From the IMG/VR virus record IMGVR_UViG_3300032269_000372, positions 1 through 43,511 of that record: a DNA stretch of 43,511 nucleotides; one strand, written 5' to 3'. Origin of the DNA: a virus. Taxonomy: Duplodnaviria > Caudoviricetes. Each line of letters starts with the position of its first letter. Position 1 is the first letter of the stretch. The notes beneath the pieces are model-generated. The model had not been told where the DNA came from. It worked only from the letters and a program-made list of their open reading frames with translations, and did no database searches. Made by a program: the position numbers and the translations under genes. Below are positions 27,118 through 35,338 of the stretch, piece after piece.

Positions 27118-27631
27118 CCGCATCACCATCACCATCCCTTTGCACGTCGCGGAGTACCTGCGGCGGCAACTGCCCAACCGCATCGAACGTGACGAGTCCG
27201 ATTCGGAGTGGAACGCCGAACGGAACGACGGGACGCCGCGCGAGATCTGCGAGTCGTTGGCGCGCGAGTTTGCCGCCGACGCCCTCGCATACAGGGCAGT
27301 ACTGGACGCGATTGAGGAGTCGTTGGTGGAGAAGCCCATGGACCTGCATGACTGGGCGCGCCGCTACGAATTGATCGGCGGATCCGGGCAGGACTGCTGC
27401 GCGATCGACGGCCTCGCGTGTGGGTTCCCGAACTGGGAGCGCGCCGTGGACCTTGCCCAGTCAATGGGACTGGGCAAGGATCACGTCTGGACAATCAGGT
27501 ATGACGACGGCGAAGGCGACGACGACGATTCGACGTGGACCATCACGCCCGGCATGGGCGTCGTCAACGTCGTCGGCTACGTCGTGACCAAGCGCCGCCC
27601 CGAAGGAAAGGAGTTCGTGCAATGGGACTGA
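27110..27631 (+). CDS. Hypothetical acidic protein (173 aa)
   Basis: GGAGGT RBS before ATG 27110. Confidence 0.7.
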   Translation: MSDRITITIPLHVAEYLRRQLPNRIERDESDSEWNAERNDGTPREICESLAREFAADALAYRAVLDAIEESLVEKPMDLHDWARRYELIGGSGQDCCAIDGLACGFPNWERAVDLAQSMGLGKDHVWTIRYDDGEGDDDDSTWTITPGMGVVNVVGYVVTKRRPEGKEFVQWD

Positions 27632-27915
27632 ACAACGACACGGAGTGCTGCGACCATTGCGGCAAGCCTCTCACCCGAAGGACCCGGCACGTCCTGTACG
27701 AACTGCCGATAGACGTGCATTCGGCGAACGCGGGAGAGTCTGCGGTGTTGTGCGCGCGTTGCCATGGCGCCGTGCGATCGGCGGACACGCTCATGGAGGA
27801 GGCGCACCGCATCATGGAGGAGGCGGGTGCCGCATACAAGCCCGACGAACTGGACGCCGATGGGCGCCCCGGTTTGGGTTTCGGGCCGGGCAACAAGGGG
27901 GGCGACCATGCATAG
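27622..27915 (+). CDS. Zn-finger (CxxC...CxxCH) protein, 97 aa, possibly degenerate HNH-like
   Basis: AAGGAG RBS; CDHCG and LCARCH motifs. Confidence 0.65.
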   Translation: MGLNNDTECCDHCGKPLTRRTRHVLYELPIDVHSANAGESAVLCARCHGAVRSADTLMEEAHRIMEEAGAAYKPDELDADGRPGLGFGPGNKGGDHA

Positions 27916-27994
27916 CACCCTCGCCATGTTCCTAGTGGTTGCTCTCGTGGTGTTTGCTGTTACAATGCACCAAGCGTTCAAGCAGTCGCGCTAG
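27908..27994 (+). CDS. 28-aa TM peptide MHSTLAMFLVVALVVFAVTMHQAFKQSR
   Basis: Overlaps the previous stop; AAGGGGG RBS. Confidence 0.55.
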   Translation: MHSTLAMFLVVALVVFAVTMHQAFKQSR

Positions 27995-28019
27995 GCGCCT
28001 GCATCAAAGCCCCCGGAAG

Positions 28020-28058
28020 CCCGCCCATGCATGCCTCGCGCTGCATGGGCGGGTTGTT
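28020..28058 (+). terminator. Probable terminator of the early operon
   Basis: 12-bp stem CCCGCCCATGCA/TGCATGGGCGGG followed by TTGTT. Confidence 0.55.
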
Positions 28059-28194
28059 CATGGGCATGGCATGCGCATGGCATGGGCATGCAGGGTGAAG
28101 TACATGCTTCACCGCCCGGAACCGGCTGCCCATGCGCCGCCGGTCCCGGCAGCCGCGCGCCATGCACCAGGGCGGCGGCGGGGGTCGGCGGCGT

Positions 28195-28239
28195 GGCAAG
28201 CAATGACCGATTCCACGGGCAAGCAATGACCGATTCCAC
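28195..28239. repeat. Tandem direct repeat, 2 x 22 bp GGCAAGCAATGACCGATTCCAC
   Basis: Identical copies at 28195-28216 and 28218-28239. Confidence 0.95.
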
Positions 28240-28287
28240 CGCTTCCAGAAAGTGGAAGTTTATCTTCTGGTTTTTGGCTGATGGGTA

Positions 28288-28315
28288 TTGACCGATCGAG
28301 ATGAATCTGTATAGT
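28288..28315 (+). promoter_or_regulatory. Sigma70-like promoter TTGACC-N16-TATAGT for the replication block
   Basis: Near-consensus boxes with AT-rich upstream sequence, ~90 nt before the HTH gene. Confidence 0.65.
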
Positions 28316-28403
28316 GGTGCAGTCGTGCCATCTGACAGCGTCGTATGCGCTGCATTTAGGTACCTTTTCGCAAGGGGACTACTGATGCCCGAGGAGGCAA
28401 CAA

Positions 28404-28640
28404 ATGACGCAGTACGCAGGAATGTCGATCGCGGTAATCACCGAGGATCTACGGCAGAGGATCGTCCGACTCAAAGAGAAGTACGGGGTGTCGTTCCGAA
28501 CTTTGGCGAAAGAGGCCAAGATGAGCCAGTCGCATCTGATGCGGTTCGTGTGGCGGAAGCATCACAACCTGATGTCGGAAACCCTGACCCGGTTGGACGC
28601 GACGGTCAACCGCCTGTCCGCCGAACGCGAAGCAAGGTAA
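28404..28640 (+). CDS. XRE/Cro-like helix-turn-helix protein (78 aa)
   Basis: GGAGG RBS; SFRTLAKEAKMSQSHLMRFV HTH pattern. Confidence 0.8.
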   Translation: MTQYAGMSIAVITEDLRQRIVRLKEKYGVSFRTLAKEAKMSQSHLMRFVWRKHHNLMSETLTRLDATVNRLSAEREAR

Positions 28641-29557
28641 CTCCGCTCCCCGAGATCCACAGCGGCATGCTGACGGATGCATGCCCCCGCCGGGTCCAAC
28701 TGCGGATCGAAGGCAAGGCCACTACGTCGGCGCCTACCGCCCTGTACCGGGGCGTCCTTGTTGGCGAGGTGCTGCGCGAGTACCACGAAGGCAAGGCGTG
28801 GGGCGTTACTCCATCGGTCATTGTTGAGACGGTGGCGACGCGAGTCAAGAAGCAGTTCGATTCCGAGGGGCGGGTAATGACCGATTCCGTGGATGCGAAC
28901 ATTGCCGAGATTCACGCCGAGGTCTCAAGCATCGTTGCCCTGTATGTGGACCGCTTTGCCGATCGGTTCAAGAAGGCCGAGTTGATCGGCTGCGAATTGC
29001 CGTGTCGCATGCAGATCAAGCGGGTCAAGTTTGCATCGCACCTTGACCTGATGTTCCGAGACACCGAGGGGAGTCTTAGCGGCAAGCCTGGTCAGTTGGT
29101 GGTATGGGATTGGAAGTGGCGCCAGGAATCCCCGACGCGCGCATACCTGTCCCGCAACCTGCAACTTGCCATGTACTGGCTGATGGTGCAGCGAGGCAGC
29201 GTCCGCACCGACTCCATATTCGACCTGTGGGAGAAGTACGGCGAGGTACCGGCGGTGATGTGGTGCCACCTCCCGGCTCTCAAACCCTATTCAAGGGTGA
29301 CCACCGTGCAGGACGATGATGGTGTGGAGCGCACCTACGTCAAGGGCGAGTTCCGACCCGAGCGCAGCATCGTGAGGGACTGCGGATTCAGGGACGGCAT
29401 GCAGCAGTATGTCGAAGGCGAGATCCTGAAGCGCGTTGAGTTGATGAAGAAGGGTCTGGACATCGCCATTCCCGACCCGATTGGTTGTCACCTGTGCGAG
29501 TGCGAACCGTGGTGCCGTAGGTTCGATACCGCTGAACTTGGAACGCGGCATGTCTGA
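28637..29557 (+). CDS. Cas4/RecB-like PD-(D/E)XK exonuclease (start uncertain; first ATG after the HTH gene is 28667)
   Basis: N-terminal CPRR, HLD...VVWDWK, QLAMY and C-terminal CHLCECEPWC (Fe-S staple pattern). Confidence 0.85.
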   Translation, partial: VTPLPEIHSGMLTDACPRRVQLRIEGKATTSAPTALYRGVLVGEVLREYHEGKAWGVTPSVIVETVATRVKKQFDSEGRVMTDSVDANIAEIHAEVSSIVALYVDRFADRFKKAELIGCELPCRMQIKRVKFASHLDLMFRDTEGSLSGKPGQLVVWDWKWRQESPTRAYLSRNLQLAMYWLMVQRGSVRTDSIFDLWEKYGEVPAVMWCHLPALKPYSRVTTVQDDDGVERTYVKGEFRPERSIVRDCGFRDGMQQYVEGEILKRVELMKKGLDIAIPDPIGCHLCECEPWCRRFDTAELGTRHV

Positions 29558-29960
29558 GAAAGGGACTGCAATGAACTGGGCAAACGAAGGAAAGAAGCCG
29601 ACTGGCAAGGGCAACAAGGCCCCGCAGAAGACTGCGGAACTTGTGTTGGAGGTGCTTACCTGCGCCGACATCTACATCCGTTCCACCGCCGAGTACAAGA
29701 AGGCGACGGATCAGATGGTCGATCGCGAGGACAGGCACACGGCCATGGCGGCGGCGCTTGCGTGGGAACGCGCTTGCCTCACCGCTGTGGACATGCTTGC
29801 CAAGTCGCTCAATGACCTGTGCGAGAGCGACCCGACCGTCGCCAACATCCTCCGTGATCGTTGGGGACAGACCGGAGAGATCATCAGCATGAGCATCCCC
29901 ATGCTTGCGTTGATGGCTGACATGAAGGAAACGAAGAACAAGGAGAACAACGATGAATGA
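29550..29960 (+). CDS. Hypothetical protein (136 aa)
   Basis: Overlap-coupled between the nuclease and the annealase. Confidence 0.65.
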   Translation: MSEKGTAMNWANEGKKPTGKGNKAPQKTAELVLEVLTCADIYIRSTAEYKKATDQMVDREDRHTAMAAALAWERACLTAVDMLAKSLNDLCESDPTVANILRDRWGQTGEIISMSIPMLALMADMKETKNKENNDE

Positions 29961-30852
29961 GATCATGCGTACCAACACCATGCCGATCGCCATGCAGATG
30001 GACCCGATGACGGTCGCTCAGGTGTTCAAGGCGTCAGGGATGTTCCCTGACATCCAGTCAGAGGCCGCTGCCTGTGCCAAGATCATCATTGGCCGTGGTC
30101 TTGGGCTGAGCGACTATGACGCCATGACCGGCCTCCACATCATCAAGGGAAAGGCCGTGTTGGCTTCCAACCTCATGGCTGCCTCGATTAAGCGCGCGGG
30201 CAAGTATGACTATCGTGCCGAATGCACCGATGATGAATGCACCATCGTGTTCTATGGTCGCACCATGGACGGCAAGATGGAGCAGATCGGCACCACGTCC
30301 TACACCATGGAGGACGCCAAGCGCGCGCGCCTGACTGGCGGGGACAACTGGCAGAAATACCCGCGCGCTATGCTGTTCGCACGATGCATCAGCACGGGCT
30401 ATAAGCAGCATTGCCCGGACGCGCTTGGTTCGGCGCCCGTGTATGTGGAGGCTCATGGCGAGATGGAGATTGCCGACGATTCCACGGGTCCGGCGCAGCC
30501 CGTGCAGACGATCCGCCAGGTTGCATCGGAGCCGAAGGGGAAGAAGGTTTCCCCGAAGCAGTCGTTCCTGAATGCCGTTGCCGAATGGGTTGGATGTTCG
30601 ACCAAGGAAGCAATTCCGCATGGCATGCGCATCCTTGCCGCGCTGTCGCTTCCCACTGACGGATCTGTTGACGACAACAAGGTCCGTTGGGCTGAGACGT
30701 GGGTACGGACCCGCATTGAGGAAGGCATGGGGATCGAAGTCCTCGATGCCAAGAATGATGATAAGTCCGAGCCGAGCGCGCCCGTCAAGCGCACGGCCAA
30801 GAAAGAAGAAGCACCCGCAATTTCGGTTGAAACCGAGGAACTGGAGTTCTGA
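29953..30852 (+). CDS. RecT/Red-beta-like single-strand annealing protein (299 aa)
   Basis: IIIGRGLGLS...LHIIKGK...WQKYPRAMLFAR motifs; acidic tail ending ELEF; next to an exonuclease. Confidence 0.8.
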   Translation: MNEIMRTNTMPIAMQMDPMTVAQVFKASGMFPDIQSEAAACAKIIIGRGLGLSDYDAMTGLHIIKGKAVLASNLMAASIKRAGKYDYRAECTDDECTIVFYGRTMDGKMEQIGTTSYTMEDAKRARLTGGDNWQKYPRAMLFARCISTGYKQHCPDALGSAPVYVEAHGEMEIADDSTGPAQPVQTIRQVASEPKGKKVSPKQSFLNAVAEWVGCSTKEAIPHGMRILAALSLPTDGSVDDNKVRWAETWVRTRIEEGMGIEVLDAKNDDKSEPSAPVKRTAKKEEAPAISVETEELEF

Positions 30853-31607
30853 TGTCACGCAGCAAGAAGATCGATCACGCGCAGATCATGCAGACCGCTC
30901 TTGACGAGCAGGTCGAAATTATCAAGCGGTGCGAACACGAAGTCGTTACCAAGTGGAAGGTGATGGCAATGGCAGTCAAGGAGATCCACTCCAACCGCCT
31001 ATGGGAGGCGAACTACGAGTCGTTCGAGCATTGCATGTCCACGGCGATCGGTTGGAAGAAGTCATGGGCATACGAGATGCTCAAGGCCGCCGATGTCCTG
31101 GCTGATGCGCCGATCACGGATGCAAGCATGGCGCGCTATCTGCATGCACTTGCCCCGCAGCAGCGCATGATTGCATGGGAGGGCGCCGTCACTGAAGCCG
31201 CTCCCGAGAAGCCGACCCGCGAACACGTCAAGAAGTCCGCTGCCATGCTCAAGGGTGGCAAGGATGGCGAGATCGGTGAGGGTGACGATGGCGAGAAGGA
31301 GTCCGGCGCGCCGGACGAGCAGGAGCCGCCGTCGATCGTGCCGGATTCTTCCGAGTTCGACCGCATCGTCGCCATGCTGCGCGAGGCGCGCAATGCCATT
31401 GAGGCCCTGTCGGAGAAGCCGGCCGGCTCGTTCATCACGCCGGCACAGATCGTCGTGGACCTCAAGAACGTGTTCAATGCCCTGTCGTGGGCAAAGCCGT
31501 ATTGCGTGTGCGTCTACTGCGAGGGCGAGGGCTGCAAGCATTGCCAGTCGCGTGGATGGCTCTGCAAGGGTCTGTATGCGTCTGCACCGGAGGACATGAA
31601 GTCGTGA
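30852..31607 (+). CDS. Putative DNA-binding protein with C-terminal CxxC-G-G-CxxC-G Zn finger (251 aa)
   Basis: YESFEHCMSTAIGWKKSWAYEML HTH-like segment; CVYCEGEGCKHCQSRG. Confidence 0.7.
   Translation: MSRSKKIDHAQIMQTALDEQVEIIKRCEHEVVTKWKVMAMAVKEIHSNRLWEANYESFEHCMSTAIGWKKSWAYEMLKAADVLADAPITDASMARYLHALAPQQRMIAWEGAVTEAAPEKPTREHVKKSAAMLKGGKDGEIGEGDDGEKESGAPDEQEPPSIVPDSSEFDRIVAMLREARNAIEALSEKPAGSFITPAQIVVDLKNVFNALSWAKPYCVCVYCEGEGCKHCQSRGWLCKGLYASAPEDMKS
31301..31316. repeat. 16-bp palindrome copy 6 (in CDS, SGAPD)
   Basis: Exact match. Confidence 0.97.
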
Positions 31608-31798
31608 ACGACGAGCGCGATCCCGGTGATGAACACCGCGACCAGCCGTCTGCCCCGCGCCCGGACCCGGACAAGTTTGTCCGGTACGGGCCGGGGCCGG
31701 GCGACTACTTTGAACCAGTGAACGACTGGCGACTGCCGAGCCAAAGGGGCAGGATCTGCCGAGATGGAATCCACACCTGGGTTGAGGATGACAAATGA
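31604..31798 (+). CDS. Hypothetical protein (64 aa)
   Basis: GTGA/ATGA overlaps with both neighbours; GGAGG upstream. Confidence 0.6.
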   Translation: MNDERDPGDEHRDQPSAPRPDPDKFVRYGPGPGDYFEPVNDWRLPSQRGRICRDGIHTWVEDDK

Positions 31799-33438
31799 GC
31801 AATCGAATGAATCTGAGGCCATACCAGTTGGACGCCGTTGATGGCGTTCGCTCTGCGCTTCTTGCCAAGCAATCGGCATTGGTGGTCATGCCGACAGGAA
31901 CTGGCAAGACGGTTTGCTTTGCGCACATCGCCAAGCAGTCCGTCATGCGAGTCATGGTCATTGCGCATCGCGAGGAGTTGGTGCAGCAGGCGGCGGACAA
32001 GATTCGCGCTGTGACTGGTATTTCGCCGGACATCGAGATGGCGGAATACAAGGCCGGGCGCATGTACAAGTCGCCCGTGGTGGTTGCAAGCGTTCAGACG
32101 CTTTGCGCTCCATGGGGGGACGTGCATCGCATGGTGAAGTTTGATCCGCATGAGTTTGACATGCTTGTGATTGACGAGGCGCACCATGCAACCGCCGACT
32201 CATACCGCCGCATCATGCAGCACTTCTCCAAGAACCCGAGGTTGCGCACCGTTGGGTTTACTGCAACGCCCGACCGTGCCGACAAGGCCGCGCTTGGCAT
32301 GGTGTTTGAGTCCGTTGCATTCAAGTACGAGATCCTGTCGGCAATGAGCGACGGGTGGCTTGTTCCCATTGAAACGCAGCAGGTGATTGTCAAGGACCTT
32401 GATTTCAGCCACGTCAAGACCATTGGCGGCGACCTCAACCAGGGCGAGTTGGCGACCATCATGCAGCAGGAGAAGATCCTGCATGGCGTCGTGACGCCGA
32501 CGATTCAGATTGCCGGCAAGCGCAAAACGCTTGTGTTCGCTGCTAGCGTTGCGCATGCGGAACGCATGTCCGAGATCTTTAACCGGCATGGCGTCACATC
32601 TGCCGTTGTGCATGGCGGCACGTTCAAGGACGAGCGCCGCCGGATCCTTCAGGCGTATGCGGATGGCATGATTCAGGTGCTATGCAACTGCGGCGTGGCG
32701 GTCGAGGGGTTTGATTGCCCGACCATCGAGGTGGTTGCCATTGCGCGTCCGACGAAGTCGCGCGCCTTGTACACGCAGATGGTGGGACGTGGAACCCGAG
32801 TGCTTCCGAATGTCGTGGACGGCGTGACGGATCCCGAGGCGCGCCGCAATGCGATTGCGCGAAGCGCCAAGCCGAGCATGCTGGTCATTGATTTCACGGG
32901 CAACAGTGGGCGTCATAAGTTGGTGAGCGTGGCCGACGTGCTTGGTGGCAAGTACAGCGAGGAGGAGATCTCCGAGGCCAAGCGTCTCATTGCCGAAGCC
33001 GGCAAGCCGGCTGACGTGATTGCGGAATTGGAGCGCGCCGCCAGTGAGATCATTGAGAAGCGCAAGGAAGACGCGCTGAAGGAGAAGCGTGGCATTGTCA
33101 CAGCGCGTGTCGAGTTCTCGACCAAGCAGGTAGATGCATTCGGCATCCTCAATATCGGGCCTGAGCGCCTGTCCCAGGCAGCAAAGAACACGGCTCCGCT
33201 CTCGCATGCACAGCAAGCCATGCTTGCGCGCAACGGAATCGACATTGCTGGCTTGCCGGTCGGGCATTGCCGCGTGATATACAACGAGATCCTGCGGCGC
33301 ATCAAGTCTGGCCGATGCTCATACAAGCAAGCAAGCATCCTGCGCAAGTACGGATATGGAACAAACGTCGGTTTCAAGGAAGCGTCACGAATCATCGATA
33401 CCCTCAAGTCCAACGGATGGAAGAAAGTGAGTGCATGA
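31795..33438 (+). CDS. Superfamily 2 DExH helicase (547 aa)
   Basis: LRPYQ Q-motif, PTGTGKT, DEAHH, TAT, EGFD and QMVGRGTR. Confidence 0.93.
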   Translation: MSNRMNLRPYQLDAVDGVRSALLAKQSALVVMPTGTGKTVCFAHIAKQSVMRVMVIAHREELVQQAADKIRAVTGISPDIEMAEYKAGRMYKSPVVVASVQTLCAPWGDVHRMVKFDPHEFDMLVIDEAHHATADSYRRIMQHFSKNPRLRTVGFTATPDRADKAALGMVFESVAFKYEILSAMSDGWLVPIETQQVIVKDLDFSHVKTIGGDLNQGELATIMQQEKILHGVVTPTIQIAGKRKTLVFAASVAHAERMSEIFNRHGVTSAVVHGGTFKDERRRILQAYADGMIQVLCNCGVAVEGFDCPTIEVVAIARPTKSRALYTQMVGRGTRVLPNVVDGVTDPEARRNAIARSAKPSMLVIDFTGNSGRHKLVSVADVLGGKYSEEEISEAKRLIAEAGKPADVIAELERAASEIIEKRKEDALKEKRGIVTARVEFSTKQVDAFGILNIGPERLSQAAKNTAPLSHAQQAMLARNGIDIAGLPVGHCRVIYNEILRRIKSGRCSYKQASILRKYGYGTNVGFKEASRIIDTLKSNGWKKVSA

Positions 33439-33818
33439 TGCAGTCTCGATTTGCCAAGCCAAAGTTTCGCGTTTTGCCTCTTGATGACATTGACTTCGCG
33501 CTCATCACGGCGTTCAAGCGCGCTTCAGAACTGCGGTCAAAGACCTGCGTGTTGATTGCCGTGTGCGACGTGAAGCGTCGTAAGGTCGGGTTCAAGGAGT
33601 GGAACTCCGACGTGTGTTCCATCAGCGCCAAGATGCTTTGGGGCGCACCCGGAGAGAACATTCGGTCAGCCATCGTCAAGTCGATCACCCTGGTGGACAG
33701 GTCCGACGATTCCGATGAGATCGGCGTGGAGTTTGCCGCAGACCTTGTTGAGTTCTTTGATTCCAAGGACGGCGATCCTGCCGATGTAATGGGCATGTAC
33801 TTTGAAGTGGTCGAATGA
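33435..33818 (+). CDS. Hypothetical protein (127 aa)
   Basis: ATGA overlap with the helicase stop. Confidence 0.65.
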   Translation: MMQSRFAKPKFRVLPLDDIDFALITAFKRASELRSKTCVLIAVCDVKRRKVGFKEWNSDVCSISAKMLWGAPGENIRSAIVKSITLVDRSDDSDEIGVEFAADLVEFFDSKDGDPADVMGMYFEVVE

Positions 33819-33833
33819 CCAAAGGGGACTGTG

Positions 33834-34673
33834 ATGGCGACATGGATTAGAGTGACGAAGGGCAAGTGCTGCCCTGTATGCGGGAAGCCTGATTGGTGCA
33901 TGCTTTCTGAGGATGGATCTGCGGCGATTTGCCCGAGGACCGAGAGCAAGAAGTTCATTGAGGGAAGCGGCTATTTGCACGTCCTCAAGGAAACCGAGTG
34001 GTCGAAGGACCAATGGACACCCGAGAAGAAGGAGTTGCCGGAACACAACGAAGTCATGGCAACCATGGCGCGCAAGTTCTTCATAGCATGCGACCAGGAA
34101 CAGCAGGTCAATGCGGATGAGCGGCTTGGCGTCACGGCAGCAAGCATGCGCCGGCTTGGCATGGGCTGGTGTGCATCGCAATCTGCGAACACCTTCCCCA
34201 TGTTCCGGCATGAGCGCCGGCTTGTCGGCATACGCATGCGCGGCACGGATGGTCGCAAGTGGGCAATCAAGGGCAGCAAGCAGGGCCTATTTATACCGAA
34301 GGACTTGCATCCAACCAAGGTGCTGTTCATCTGCGAGGGTCCGACCGATACCGGCGCCATGCTTGACCTTGGATTCAATGCCATTGGCCGGCCGTCATGC
34401 ATGGGTGCAACAGACCTGATCAAGGAACTGGTTCCCCGCAGGAACGTGATGATCATGGCTGATGCCGACGGTCCCGGACAGGATGGCGCCGATCGACTGG
34501 CATTTGCCATACGGTCATTGGTTGCAAGTGTCCGGGTCGTGTCGCCACCCGAGGGATACAAGGATGTTCGCGCGTGGTACAAAGCCGGAGAGTTGAGCAA
34601 GACCGATGCACTGGCATGGTTCAAGGAGGCAGGATGCCGACGTGGAAATGCACAATCCCAGGCTACGACCTGA
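33834..34673 (+). CDS. Primase (Zn finger + TOPRIM), 279 aa
   Basis: CPVCGKPDWC; TOPRIM motifs ICEGPTD and DADGPG; KDVR. Confidence 0.88.
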   Translation: MATWIRVTKGKCCPVCGKPDWCMLSEDGSAAICPRTESKKFIEGSGYLHVLKETEWSKDQWTPEKKELPEHNEVMATMARKFFIACDQEQQVNADERLGVTAASMRRLGMGWCASQSANTFPMFRHERRLVGIRMRGTDGRKWAIKGSKQGLFIPKDLHPTKVLFICEGPTDTGAMLDLGFNAIGRPSCMGATDLIKELVPRRNVMIMADADGPGQDGADRLAFAIRSLVASVRVVSPPEGYKDVRAWYKAGELSKTDALAWFKEAGCRRGNAQSQATT

Positions 34674-35092
34674 TCTCGCCGAACAAGTTGATGCGCATGA
34701 AGTGGTTCATGCAGTCAAAGCAGAAGCAGCATGCGATGCAGATGATCGCGCTCTTTGGCCGTCCACTTCCGCGCTTTGACGAGCCGGTTGCGATGGTGAT
34801 TATTCGGCGATATGGGAAGCGGCAGCGAGACTTGGACACCGACAACATGTACGGTGGATGCAAGTTGCTCATCGACGCAATGAAGGCGCCCAAGGGTCGC
34901 TCGAAGCGCGGACTGTCTATCCTCATGGACGACGATCCACGATCGCTTGACCTGTGGGTGTCGCAGTGCCGCAACACAAACGATTCTTGCGATGTATCAA
35001 TTTATGCATGTCGCTCATCGGAATCGATTGACATTCCCGATGACGTTGCTATGATTCTTCGACAGTCCCCCAGAACCCACACGGCGCCATAA
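34634..35092 (+). CDS. RusA-like Holliday junction resolvase (152 aa)
   Basis: AAGGAGG RBS; SPN...DTDNMYGGCKLLIDAM...MDDD matches the RusA DxDN-K-D-DD catalytic pattern. Confidence 0.75.
   Translation: MPTWKCTIPGYDLISPNKLMRMKWFMQSKQKQHAMQMIALFGRPLPRFDEPVAMVIIRRYGKRQRDLDTDNMYGGCKLLIDAMKAPKGRSKRGLSILMDDDPRSLDLWVSQCRNTNDSCDVSIYACRSSESIDIPDDVAMILRQSPRTHTAP
35028..35055 (+). promoter_or_regulatory. Sigma70-like promoter TTGACA-N16-TATGAT with extended -10 (TGC), inside the 3' end of the resolvase gene
   Basis: Perfect -35, 5/6 -10 match, TGn motif. Confidence 0.6.
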
Positions 35093-35119
35093 GTCCATCC
35101 TGGCGCCGTGTGGTTTTTT
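35077..35119 (+). terminator. Rho-independent terminator
   Basis: 13-bp perfect stem CCACACGGCGCCA/TGGCGCCGTGTGG plus TTTTTT. Confidence 0.88.
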
Positions 35120-35136
35120 ATCCTGGTACTCCCGCT

Positions 35137-35331
35137 ATCGCATGCGGCCTGCACTGAGGTGCAATGCGATTCCAATCTCGCGGGGCGGTAGCGAGATCAC
35201 CATGATGCTGCGGTCGGCGACGACACACTGCCGCAGATTCTGTCCGGCCCGCCGGACTCGTCATGGCAGGCAGGGTGCAACTACCGGATGCCTGACCCAA
35301 ACACCGATTGCCCGACCTCGCGAGGGGTCGG
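35137..35331. other. Multi-hairpin intergenic element (candidate structured RNA or replication signal)
   Basis: Six consecutive inverted repeats between convergent operons. Confidence 0.45.
35242..35257. repeat. 16-bp palindrome, degenerate copy (GTCCGGCCCGCCGGAC, 1 central mismatch)
   Basis: 15/16 match. Confidence 0.9.
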
Positions 35332-35338
35332 TACGTCT

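Noticed and set aside
28301-28636. N-terminal extension of the nuclease ORF (418-aa call)
   Set aside because: It overlaps the promoter and the better-supported HTH gene in another frame.
28637-29557. Cas4 as evidence of a CRISPR-Cas system
   Set aside because: No array or other cas genes; its position near RecT indicates a phage recombination exonuclease.
35120-35335. tRNA or short CDS in the hairpin region
   Set aside because: No T-loop (GTTCRA), D-loop or acceptor stem pattern; the 60-71 aa ORFs lack RBS and coding-like composition.
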